A DNA stretch of 64,000 nucleotides. Origin: Amoeboaphelidium occidentale (taxonomy: Eukaryota). Below the pieces are notes generated by a model. It was not told the origin of the DNA. It made no database searches and worked only from the letters and a program-made list of their open reading frames with translations. Shown piece by piece: positions 43,916-54,877 of the stretch. Every line of letters starts with the position of its first letter. Position 1 is the stretch's first letter. The stretch is from assembly GCA_023515795.1 (NCBI GenBank), contig JALGPX010000014.1:62001-126000 (forward strand), written 5' to 3'. The translations under genes were made by a program, and so were the position numbers.

Positions 43916-46900
43916 ATGAGAGAAAAGCAAAAAAGTTCAGCCGCTTCTGCTCTGGAAAAGTTAAGACGTCAAAGACAGACAGGCAGAACTGCGCTCGATA
44001 CTTACGTTCCGGACGATGACAAAATTTACGATGAATTGGATGAAACAGATTACCAATTGTTGGCTAGGAAGCGTTTAAACGAAGAATTCGTTGTAGACGA
44101 TGACGGTTTGGGTTATGCTGATTATGGTGTCGATGACTGGGATGAACCAAGAGAAGGTTATTCTTCGGAAGCCGATGATGGTGATCAAGTCAAGAAAGCC
44201 AAGACAACAAAGGCTGAAAAACAGAAGAAAGACAAAAATGCTGCCAATAGAAAGCATGGGCAGGACATTGCGGAAATGTTTAGGAAGAAAATACAGCAAG
44301 ATCAGCTTGGTAAGAAGAAAGGCCTTCAGGTTGTTGGACCTCAAACAAGCAAGGTCTCTGGAGTTTCAAGTTCTGCGAATAATGACGATGATGAATTGAG
44401 TCAAATGCTTAATGAAATCGACAATGAAACAGTCAAGATAGCCACAAATAAGGATAAAGGACAGCGTATGAAGCGCGTAGGTTCGCACCATCAAAGTTTT
44501 GCTGGTTCTAAAAGAATCAAACCAACTATAAGCAGCAAGGTATCGTTCCAAAAGAAGAAGTCCACTGTTTCTCCTACTGAAGATGTCACAGACAATTATG
44601 TTGAAGACTATGATCATGATCAAGGTATGGGTTACAGTGCGCCAGGTGATTACACAAATGTTTACGTTCCTACTTCTGCTACAAATGCTCCGATAGAAAG
44701 CGTCCCAGAAGAACCTGAAGAGGATTTGTCCATTAAAGTGAAAACAAAGTCATTGAAAGTATCTTCAACAAAAGATAATGCCAAGAAAGCAGTTAAAATG
44801 CCAACAAGTCAAGTCAAGCCTGTTGTCAAATATTCCGGCGAGGTTGTTGTAAAAGAAGGCAAAGGCAATGACTGGTGGAATGAACAGAAAACAAATGTGG
44901 TCGCTGGCGAGAGTTCTTCTCAGAATGCTGAATCTGGAGTTGATGCATCTTCTCAAGTTGTTGATTCAAACATAACCAAAGATTTATTCTATTGGTACGA
45001 TGGCCACGAAGAAGGAAGGAATGTTTTCCTTTTCGGAAAGAAGCTTGGGAGAGACAGAAAAGAGCTTGTGAGCTGTTGTGTCAATGTTAAGAATATGCAA
45101 CGAAGTGTATACTTTTTGCCTCGAGAATTTCTTTACGATTTCAGCACACAGAAAGAAACTAAAGATGAAGTTTCAGTTGAGGAATTATGGAAGGAGTTGG
45201 ATGAAATCATGACCAAAAACAAAATCAGGAACTGGACAATGAGCCAAGTTGTAAAGAAGTATGCTTTTGAAGATCCAGACGTTCCTCACGAAGCTGACTG
45301 GGTAGAAGTTAATTATAGCTTCAGTGACCCTATGCTTGATATCAAAGAAGGAAGAACTTTTTGTAAAGTATTTGGTGCCAACACTGGTGCGTTAGAATCT
45401 TTAATTATGAGCAAGAATTTGATGGGACCAAGTTGGTTGGAATTGCTGAAACCGAAAAAATCTGAAGTTCAAAAGAGTTGGTGTAAAGAGGAGTATGAAG
45501 TTGATTATGAAAACATATACATTCTTACTGACACTGACATCAATGACTCTGGGAAATACCCTGAGTTTTGCAAGACAGCACCATCAATGACAGTATTGAG
45601 CATTTCGATCAAAACAATTATGAATTACAAAACTAACGATAATGAAATCATGATTTGCAGCGGAATGGTTTTCAAGGGAGTTGAAGCCAGTCTCTCAAAA
45701 CATTCCAAGAACAAGAAGCCGCAGATATCTTGTTTCTCATGTGTGAGACAGGAAGCTGATTCTTCAGTTTTCCCCTTAGGATTTAACGATTTGATAAAGA
45801 AGAAGAACGTTAATTCAGCTGAAACTACTATTAAAAGGGAAACTGCGAGAAATGAAAGGGCTTTGATCAGTTTTCTTTTGGCTTCGATTCAAAAGTATGA
45901 TCCTGACATTCTTGTTGGTCACAATCTTATTGGATATGACTTGGATGTCTTGCTAAACAGAGTGAAACACCTGATGATGACGAACGATCCAGGCTGGTCC
46001 AAGTTGGGGCGTTTGAGGAGAAATAACTTTATCACTTCAATTCCAACAATTTGCAGTGGTCGATTACTTGCTGACAGTTATGTTGCTTCTCGAGACAATA
46101 TCAAGAGCAAGAATTATTCTTTAACAAACTTGGTCAAGCAGTGTCTTAATACAGACAGAGTTGATTTGGACAGAAATTCGTTCCAAGCATATTACAAAGA
46201 TGCAGAGAGTCTCTTTTACTTGATTCAGCATTGTGAGAATGATGCTTTCCTTTCTATGCAAATCATTAACTACATTCAATACATTCCGCTCACAATGCAG
46301 CTTACTCAACTGGCTGGATTCTTATGGGGTAAAACTATGAGAGGTTCTAGAGCAGAAAGAAATGAATACTTGTTGCTGCACGAGTTTTCGAAACTTGGTT
46401 ATTTGGTTCCTGATAACAATAAGGGAATTTTTGCAAACCATGGAAACAATGCTCCCAAGAAGAAGGAAGATTTGAAGAAGAAATCTAAAAAGTCTGCAAC
46501 TGAAAAGAAGCAAGAGAAAGAAAATGCCAATGTAGATGATAATCCATATGGTAATGTTGAAGATGTCGAAGACAAAAGCAAAGAAGACGAGTCATATGTT
46601 GGAGGTCTTGTTCTAGATCCGAAAATTGGTTTATATGATAAGTTTGTTTTGTTGCTGGATTTCAATTCTTTGTATCCTTCTATTATTCAAGAGTACAATC
46701 TTTGTTTCACAACAATTGACAGAAATAACAACGAGCTTCCTGATCCTGGATTGCAACAAGGTGTTTTGCCACATATTCTACAAACTCTGGTGCAAAGACG
46801 TCGTACTGTGAAACAAATGATGAAATGTTGTGATAATGATGCTGAGAGAGATCAATTGAATATTAGACAACTTGGTTTGAAGCTTACTGCGAACTCCATG

Positions 46901-48475
46901 TATGGTTGTTTGGGTTTCCAAATGTCTCGTTTCTACTGTAAACAATTAGCTGCAATGATTACTGGAAAAGGTAGAGAAATTCTACAAGAAACTGTCGATT
47001 TGGCTGAACGAGAATTACAACTCAATGTCATTTATGGTGATACAGACAGTATCATGATTTATACCAACACAACTGATATGGCAACTGTGAAGCAGATGGG
47101 TGCGAAATTGAAACAAAGTGTCAACAAGAAGTACAAGTTGCTTGAAATTGAGATGGATGGCTGCTTTAAGAAAATGTTGTTATTAAAAAAGAAGAAATAT
47201 GCCGCTGTCACAATTGAAGAAAGGGCTAATGGTGAACTTGTTGAAAAGAGAGAAATCAAAGGTCTTGATTTGGTTAGAAGAGATTGGTGTGGTTTGACAT
47301 TTGAAATGAGTAACTTTGTTTTGGAGAAAATCTTGTCTGATGAATCCAAGGACGAATTCCACAATGAATTGTCTTCATACTTGACTGATATGTCCAGTAA
47401 ATTGAAAAACGGTGAGATCGATTTGGAGAAGTTTATTATTCGCAAAACTCTGTCGAAGAATGCTTCGTCTTACAATGAAACTAAAGCCTTGCCTCACGTA
47501 AAAGTCGCTCTGAAAATGATGGAGAAGGGCGAATGTGGTGGTAAGATTGGCGATATGATTCCATACGTCATGTGCAAGGAATTAAAGAGTGATGATGCAG
47601 AAGAGAATAGGAAATCAGAAACAGTTCCTCATCATCCTAATGATTTATTATACCAGAATGAAGGAGGAAAGATTGTTATTGATTATGACTGGTATTTGAA
47701 TGTCCAGATATTCCCTCCAATATCTCGTTTATTGTGTGTTATTGAAGGAATCGATAATCAAACCATTGCTGATTGTTTGGGCATTGAGAAGAAGTACTTC
47801 TCCACCACATCTGACAGAGATTCTTTTGAAGAATATTTCACTCTGAATTCCCAATTGAATGATCAAGAGAGATTCAAATACTGCCAACGATTCCTTTTAC
47901 CATGCAAATTCTGCAGTACTACCCTAGAAATCGAAACACCAGCAGTTAAACATGACAAATCCTATAAACCATGCTTCTACTGCACCAACTGCAATTCTCT
48001 ACAACCATCTGGATACGTTGCAATTACTCTAGTAAAACAAGCAAGAGAACACATCAAACTGTACTATATGAATTACATGGTATGCGATGATCCTTCATGC
48101 CAGCACAGAACCAGACAAGTATCTGTTGAATCAGAATTATGTTCAAAATGCGGCGGTGGCACAAACAAACCAGAATACTCTGACTCTGATCTATACAATC
48201 AACTACTATTCTATTCCTATGCATTTGATGTAGACAGACAAATCGAGAGAACTACAGACCGCGATACCAAAGGTAAGAACAATTCTAATCAATTAATTGT
48301 TCTTGTAGATGCGTTAAAGACTATTGGTGGTGTTTATGGTCCTACTTTCCATCACATCAAGAATCTGATTGATAGATATCTAGCAAGAAACGCAAGAGGA
48401 TTCGTTGATATGAACAAGGTATTTTCAGGACTGAGAATCACCACAGTAGGGGAAGCCTCATTAGTGACTGTTTAA
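43916..48475 (+). CDS. POL1: DNA polymerase alpha catalytic subunit; probable in-frame 36-nt intron 48273-48308
   Basis: FVVDDDGLGY, LDFNSLYPSIIQEYN, KLTANSMYGCLG, YGDTDS, C-terminal Zn fingers. Confidence 0.97.
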   Translation: MREKQKSSAASALEKLRRQRQTGRTALDTYVPDDDKIYDELDETDYQLLARKRLNEEFVVDDDGLGYADYGVDDWDEPREGYSSEADDGDQVKKAKTTKAEKQKKDKNAANRKHGQDIAEMFRKKIQQDQLGKKKGLQVVGPQTSKVSGVSSSANNDDDELSQMLNEIDNETVKIATNKDKGQRMKRVGSHHQSFAGSKRIKPTISSKVSFQKKKSTVSPTEDVTDNYVEDYDHDQGMGYSAPGDYTNVYVPTSATNAPIESVPEEPEEDLSIKVKTKSLKVSSTKDNAKKAVKMPTSQVKPVVKYSGEVVVKEGKGNDWWNEQKTNVVAGESSSQNAESGVDASSQVVDSNITKDLFYWYDGHEEGRNVFLFGKKLGRDRKELVSCCVNVKNMQRSVYFLPREFLYDFSTQKETKDEVSVEELWKELDEIMTKNKIRNWTMSQVVKKYAFEDPDVPHEADWVEVNYSFSDPMLDIKEGRTFCKVFGANTGALESLIMSKNLMGPSWLELLKPKKSEVQKSWCKEEYEVDYENIYILTDTDINDSGKYPEFCKTAPSMTVLSISIKTIMNYKTNDNEIMICSGMVFKGVEASLSKHSKNKKPQISCFSCVRQEADSSVFPLGFNDLIKKKNVNSAETTIKRETARNERALISFLLASIQKYDPDILVGHNLIGYDLDVLLNRVKHLMMTNDPGWSKLGRLRRNNFITSIPTICSGRLLADSYVASRDNIKSKNYSLTNLVKQCLNTDRVDLDRNSFQAYYKDAESLFYLIQHCENDAFLSMQIINYIQYIPLTMQLTQLAGFLWGKTMRGSRAERNEYLLLHEFSKLGYLVPDNNKGIFANHGNNAPKKKEDLKKKSKKSATEKKQEKENANVDDNPYGNVEDVEDKSKEDESYVGGLVLDPKIGLYDKFVLLLDFNSLYPSIIQEYNLCFTTIDRNNNELPDPGLQQGVLPHILQTLVQRRRTVKQMMKCCDNDAERDQLNIRQLGLKLTANSMYGCLGFQMSRFYCKQLAAMITGKGREILQETVDLAERELQLNVIYGDTDSIMIYTNTTDMATVKQMGAKLKQSVNKKYKLLEIEMDGCFKKMLLLKKKKYAAVTIEERANGELVEKREIKGLDLVRRDWCGLTFEMSNFVLEKILSDESKDEFHNELSSYLTDMSSKLKNGEIDLEKFIIRKTLSKNASSYNETKALPHVKVALKMMEKGECGGKIGDMIPYVMCKELKSDDAEENRKSETVPHHPNDLLYQNEGGKIVIDYDWYLNVQIFPPISRLLCVIEGIDNQTIADCLGIEKKYFSTTSDRDSFEEYFTLNSQLNDQERFKYCQRFLLPCKFCSTTLEIETPAVKHDKSYKPCFYCTNCNSLQPSGYVAITLVKQAREHIKLYYMNYMVCDDPSCQHRTRQVSVESELCSKCGGGTNKPEYSDSDLYNQLLFYSYAFDVDRQIERTTDRDTKGKNNSNQLIVLVDALKTIGGVYGPTFHHIKNLIDRYLARNARGFVDMNKVFSGLRITTVGEASLVTV

Positions 48476-48482
48476 AGTTAAA

Positions 48483-48702
48483 GAAGGAAGGAAGGAAGGA
48501 AGGAAGGAATAAAAAATTAAGTTCGGGATACATTTCAAGGGTTTCTTTTCTAAACAATCACACGCAATCAAGTGCAAACATTCCTCAAAACAACCATTCG
48601 ACCATTCTTTAACCAATACAATACAATACAATACAACACAACAACAAAAGATTCTAAAAAACTATAAAATCTAAACTCAAGAATTTCTTTTTTAATTTAA
48701 AT

Positions 48703-48754
<52 letters not shown>

Positions 48755-48757
48755 ACT
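48483..48757. repeat. Microsatellite cluster (GAAG)n, (CAATA)n, (CTA)n(CTG)n
   Basis: Directly visible. Confidence 0.9.
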
Positions 48758-48770
48758 ACACATTAAAAGA

Positions 48771-49364
48771 ATGAACAACTACTCAGAAGACTCAACAAGA
48801 TCAGAGAAGGAAGATGCTTCTTATAAATTATCATTCTTTGCAATATCAGACACAACACCTTCACTAACCATCCTATTTGTTTCCCCTTCAGTCAAAGTAT
48901 AATGAGAATAATCCGACCGACTAATCTCTTAATTATTTTTTTTTGAAAAATGTGTAGGAAGTACTCGGCTATGACCCAGAAGATTTGATTGGCAAAAGTT
49001 CCTATGCTGTTATAGACCCTCAGGGTAAGAAATTTTCCCTGTACTTTTACTGTTTATGTTGTTTAGTGGTGGAGGCTATTAGAAATGTATCTGTGGAAAA
49101 CATTAAACAACAGAATTATAATCATTACCTCCAAATGACTATTCTACCTAAACAACATCCTCAAAGTGAACCTGTACTAATGGACTACATGACCAATTTC
49201 TGTTATGACTGCTTCGTAACTATTGGCGCTAAATCCAACAGAGGAGTACACACTGACAATTGGAAAGCACAAGCACAAAAAGTAGTCTATGCTAAAGAGA
49301 ATGGGCAATTAGAGTATGAAAGTGGAGGGGATGGAAGTTGTAGAGGAATAGTATCAAGTGTAAG

Positions 49365-49400
<36 letters not shown>

Positions 49401-49859
49401 TTTACTCGTATTTTGTAGAACCATCATCATCATCATCATCCTCATCCTCCTCCTGACCTTTTAAAACATTACGATTTACAATTCAATTGGGATAATGGAT
49501 TTCCTAAACATGAACCAAGAACTTGTGTCATTCTGAACAGATTTACTTTGAATTTGACTATAATGTTTATGACTTTAGCATCTGAATTAGTTTTAGAGAC
49601 TCAGAGTCAACAAGCTATAGGATCATCTTTCTATTCTTGTATACATGAATCATCCAGAAGACATGTAGAGACACAGATTGATATACTAAAGAGTACAAGA
49701 GGAATAACAAAGATTAGATTCCTATGGGTTCCACCACCTTTAAATGATAGTAATGCTACTAATTTGATTGAGTGTGAAGCAGTGGTTACATATGCATGTG
49801 ATGGTTTAGTGTGTATAGTTCGGAGGATAGTGATGACTAATAATAAAACGATCAAGTAG
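48771..49859 (+). CDS. Multi-exon PAS-domain protein
   Basis: ILFVSPSVK spliced to EVLGYDPEDLIGKSSY (PAS pattern); second PAS-like ASELVL...AIGSSFYSCIH; several short GT-AG introns, exon limits approximate. Confidence 0.6.
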
Positions 49860-49885
49860 AACTTTATTTTTAAAGAATCAAAGAG

Positions 49886-50590
49886 ATGATGATTAGACTT
49901 TTACTATCAACTGGAATAAAAAGAATTCCAATTACAAAGAGTATTCCAATTAAAAGAAGAAATCTCATTATCCTTCCATCAATTACTGTAAAGGGAAACG
50001 CGTTATTGTATAATTCTACAAGATGCTTCGGAACACTTGAAGATAAACTATTAAAAGCACACTATCTTTTGGATGATGCTTTGAAAGATTTATCCAATTC
50101 CGGAGAAGAAGGAGAAGGAGAAGGAGAAGAAGAAGAAGAAGAAGAAGCAATTGTGGAGAAATTGAAGAAATCTTTAGAATTGTATCCCACAGCTGCTGCT
50201 CATTATAATTTGGGAAATATACTTTTCTCTCAAAAACAATTCCAACAAGCAAAACACAATTGGGAACAGTCTATAAAGATTCTAAATGCTGATGATGATA
50301 TAAAAGTTGATGCTCTTGTTAATTTGGGTAATTTGGAATTATTAGTAGAGAATAATACCAAAGAAGCCATAAATCTATTTACACAAGCACTTAAAATAAG
50401 AGAAGATGATGATGATGGTGAGTTGAGATTTAATTTGGGTGTTGCTCTGGACAAGAATGGACAATTGAGTGAAGCCATTAAAGAATATGAAAGATCTGTA
50501 GAATTATTATCAGAGAAGGATTCAGAGAAGGTTAAACATGTTGAAATGGTTTTAAGAAATGCCAAAATAAGAAATCTAAGTAGTAAATAG
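49886..50590 (+). CDS. TPR-repeat protein, possibly mitochondrial (duplicated after gap 50656)
   Basis: AHYNLGNIL, ALVNLGNL and RFNLGVAL TPR units; basic presequence-like N-terminus. Confidence 0.8.
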   Translation: MMIRLLLSTGIKRIPITKSIPIKRRNLIILPSITVKGNALLYNSTRCFGTLEDKLLKAHYLLDDALKDLSNSGEEGEGEGEEEEEEEAIVEKLKKSLELYPTAAAHYNLGNILFSQKQFQQAKHNWEQSIKILNADDDIKVDALVNLGNLELLVENNTKEAINLFTQALKIREDDDDGELRFNLGVALDKNGQLSEAIKEYERSVELLSEKDSEKVKHVEMVLRNAKIRNLSSK

Positions 50591-51998
50591 AAATTGATGG
50601 AGATTATTTGACTGTTCCTTATCTGATTCTATAAACAATAATTAGAAGTATTGGANCTACAAGATGCTTCGGAACACTTGAAGATAAACTATTAAAAGCA
50701 CACTATCTTTTGGATGATGCTTTGAAAGATTTATCCAATTCCGGAGAAGGAGAAGGAGAAGGAGAAGAGGAAGAAGAAGAAGCAATTGTGGAGAAATTGA
50801 AGAAATCTTTAGAATTGTATCCCACAGCTGCTGCTCATTATAATTTGGGAAATATACTTTTCTCTCAAAAACAATTCCAACAAGCAAAACACAATTGGGA
50901 ACAGTCTATAAAGATTCTAAATGCTGATGATGATATAAAAGTTGATGCTCTTGTTAATTTGGGTAATTTGGAATTATTAGTAGAGAATAATACCAAAGAA
51001 GCCATAAATCTATTTACACAAGCACTTAAAATAAGAGAAGATGATGATGATGGTGAGTTGAGATTTAATTTGGGTGTTGCTCTGGACAAGAATGGACAAT
51101 TGAGTGAAGCAATTAAAGAATATGAAAGATCTGTAGAATTATTATCAGAGAAGGATTCAGAGAAGGTTAAACATGTTGAAATGGTTTTAAGAAATGCCAA
51201 AATAAGAAATCTAAGTAGTAAATAGAAATTGATGGAGATTATTTGACTGTTCCTTATCTGATTCTATAAACAATAATTAGAAGTATTGGAATTAGAGATA
51301 CCTTTTATAACAAGTTGGGATTCATGTAGAGCATTAACAACTTCTTCATATAATCTTATGACGTCACTATTTATCTCCTGTTTGGTTGAAGGAAGTTGCA
51401 GATTCATTTGTAAATACAACATTACTTGATTAGACTGATTGGAGAGTAATTCCAGTTGATTAGAAGGATCAGTAAAAGGAGGATAAGGAGGTAATTCATC
51501 ATTAGAGTTAATATTATCTTCTTCTACTAAAGATTCTCCTTCACTCAAATGATTCTGTTGTAATTGAATTGTAATTAAATCTTTCCATTTAAAGTCAAAA
51601 GAAGGATGAATTATTCCTTTAGAATTTGAAGAGTAATTCTTTTTAGGAATCATTCTGAAGAAAGGAAGTCAGGTGATTCAAAACTCTTTGTTGTTTGACT
51701 TTTTCCATAACAGCAACAACAACAAACATCCAATCACAACAACAATCACAACAACTTCTTTTCTTTTCTCAAAAATCTGAAAATGCTTCTGTCCTTCTTA
51801 GTATTNAAAAGAAGGATGAATTATTCCTTTAGAATTTGAAGAGTAATTCTTTTTAGGAATCATTCTGAAGAAAGGAAGGAAGTCAGGTGATTCAAAACTC
51901 TTTGTTGTTTGACTTTTTCCACAACAACAGCAACAACAACAATATCCAATCACAACAACAATCACAACAACTTCTTTTCTTTTCTCAAAAATCTGAAA

Positions 51999-52369
51999 AT
52001 GCTTCTGTCCTTCTTAGTATTGTCTCTGTCTCTTGTTGTTTACACTGTTGCTATTGACCAAGTTACCTTTTCTTCTTCTTCTTCTTCTTCTTCTTCTTCT
52101 TCTTCTTCTTCTTCTTCAACTTTCATTGTTCGTTATGATGGTGACAAGTTGATTAGATTGTATAATCCTTCTAATGAATTAAAGCATGAATTATTATCTA
52201 CTGAATTATATGATGTATGGAGTGTTGCAGAAGAGTATATGGATGTTAGAATGACGTCATCAGGGTATAAAGCATTCTTAAACAATAGAGAAGATTTTGC
52301 AACAAAGTATGAAGTTATTGTTGAGAATGTACAGGAATTGATTGATTCTGAGAGGGATATGATTTCTAC

Positions 52370-52406
<37 letters not shown>

Positions 52407-53414
52407 GAGAATTGGTTTGAGAATTATCATACTTATGATGAGATTAAGGAATGGTACAAATCATTGGCTGAAGAGTATAAGGATTTGGTTGAATATGTTG
52501 CATCTATTGGTGAATCACATGAAGGAAGGGAATTGTTTGCTTTACACTTGACATCCAACAAGAATAAGAATAAGGATAACAAGGAGAAGCCTCAAATCTA
52601 CTTTCAGTGTCAGATTCATGCGCGTGAATGGATTTCTGGTGCTACTGGTCAGTATTTGGTTTATAATTTGTTGTCAAAGTATGGTAAGGATGAGCGTATT
52701 ACAGAGTTGTTGGATAATGTTGAATTCATTGTTGTTCCTATTGTTAATCCTGATGGGTATGATTACACATGGAAGGGAGAGAGATTGTGGAGAAAGAATA
52801 GGCGCAAGAATGGTGGGTTTTCTATGGGTGTTGATTTGAATAGGAATTTCAATGTGCACTGGGAAGAGAAGAATGGAGCATCATCTTCACCATGGGCAGA
52901 AACTTATAAAGGGCCAGAAGTGTGTTCAGAGCCAGAAACAAAAGCAATAGTGTCTTATTTTTTGAAGCACAAGGGAATAGTAGGAGCAATTGATTTTCAT
53001 GTACTTTTTAGTTTTTTATATAGGTTCACTGATTTTTTCGTTTAGTCGTACTCTCAGTTGATTTTGCGCTCGCCTGGGTACACTAGAAAAAAGACTCAGC
53101 ATGAAAAGGAATTGAAACAGTTGGGTGAAGGAATGCGTCAAGTCATCAAGAAAAAACATGGAAAATCTTATGCTAACATTGCAGCTGTTGATTTGTATCC
53201 AACTACTGGTGCAGCATCAGATTGGTTCTATGATGATGAAGTTTACGAGGAGTTTGGGCATAGGGTTTATGGGTACACTATTGAATTGCGTCCAGAAGGA
53301 AATCGTGGTGCAACAGGGTTTATTCTGCCACCATCGGAAATTGTACCGACAGGAGAAGAAATTTTGGAAGCCTTCTTGTACTTTTCAGAGCAAGTTGTGG
53401 AGAATCCATTGTAA
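51999..53414 (+). CDS. Secreted M14A zinc carboxypeptidase; intron 53001-53045
   Basis: Signal peptide, IHAREW, NPDG, WRKNR, GVDLNRNF, DFH|SYSQ, YTIELR; two poly-Ser microsatellites. Confidence 0.93.
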
Positions 53415-53811
53415 TAACAGCAGGCCCTTCGCAACAGGATTAGTTTTAACGAGAAATAAAACTTGCGTGGCTATTGCATAAATATCTCGATTTCTCGGGT
53501 ACGCTATCGAAAACTGTGCAAGCAAGCAAGCATAACCACCTGTCTGATATTTCGTGCAGCGTTGATTTTCGTTTTCCAAACAGGTAAGCAATCTAAATTA
53601 AATCTATTTTTTGTTCCGGAAATGTCACAGAAGCTAAAGGAGGCTGAACAGAATGTCAGTGATGCTGANAAATATCTCGATTTCTCGGGTACGCTATCGA
53701 AAACTGTGTAAGCAAGCAAGCATAACCACCTGTCTGATATTTCGTGCAGCGTTGATTTTCCTGTTCCAAACAGTTAAGCAATCTAAATTAAATCTATTTT
53801 TTGTTCCGGAA

Positions 53812-54837
53812 ATGTCACAGAAGCTAAAGGAGGCTGAACAGAATGTCAGTGATGCTGAAAAAGCTTTGAATACAGGATTCTTCAAGAGGAAACCGGACTA
53901 TGATGAAGCAGCCATGTGCTATGAGAACGCAGGTAACAATCTTTCCTTATTGCTCGAATATGTAGCAAAGGCTTTCCAGTATTTGAAACAGTTTAATGAA
54001 GCTATTGATTGCTTTTTGAAATCTGCAGACTGTAAATACAAGAATGGTGACACATACTTCAGTGCCAGATGCTACGAGAACGTTGGAATGATTCAACAGA
54101 GGGATTTGAAGAATCAGGGAGAAGCTGCGAAATACTTCAAGTTCGCTGCGGATCGGTTCAGGCAGAATAATAATCTGGAAAGAGCGATAGAGATGTTGGA
54201 GAAGGCAGGAAAGTAAGATTTAATGTGAATTATTGTAACAAACATCTATAGATCGCTGGAACAGACGCAGCCGGAGAAAGCAGTTGTGTTTTATGTGGAC
54301 GCTTGTGATATTTACGTGGAAGAAGATAGGAAACGGTTGGCTGTTGAAACTTTTAAAAAAGTTATTGGTTTATTCCTGAAAATTAATCAGATGGAAAAGG
54401 CGATAGAGTTCTCACAAAAGCTAGCTGACTTATTAATTGAGATTGATGGAAAACACTTGACAAATCGCTCATGTTTATCGGTGATTATTTTAATTCTATT
54501 CTTTGGAGATGAAGTCGAAGCCGGAAAAAAGTTTGAGTACTACACTGGTGCTTCTAGAGGATTTGTTTCAAGTGATGAAGGTGTGATTTCGAGAGAGCTA
54601 TTGGATGCTTACGAAAAGAGAGATCAACCAAGTGTGGCTGCTTTGATGAAGAAACCATTAATTGGTTATTTGGATAATGAAATAACAAAAGTTGCGAGGA
54701 AATTGGTTGTGCCTGGTGGTATTGTTGCTGTAGATGCACAGCCAACGCTTCCACCAGAACAGACTACTTCTCTGGTTGATGATTTGCCAGATGGTAATGA
54801 TATCAAAACGAACGAAGAAACAACAGATCTTTGTTAA
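53812..54837 (+). CDS. NAPG: Gamma-SNAP (NSF attachment protein); introns 53933-53965 and 54213-54251
   Basis: AEKALNTGFFKRKPDYDEAA, LEKAG, YLDNEITKVARKL, terminal DLC. Confidence 0.8.
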
Positions 54838-54877
54838 TAGAATTAAGTAAGATATGCGTATATTTCTTTTCTCTCTT

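Noticed and set aside
50657..51295. Second TPR gene copy
   Set aside because: It starts at a single-N gap, lacks the 5' end and differs only by microsatellite length and SNPs; probably the other haplotype.
51264..51653. 129-aa minus-strand ORF
   Set aside because: No motif and flanked by gap duplications; it cannot be supported or excluded.
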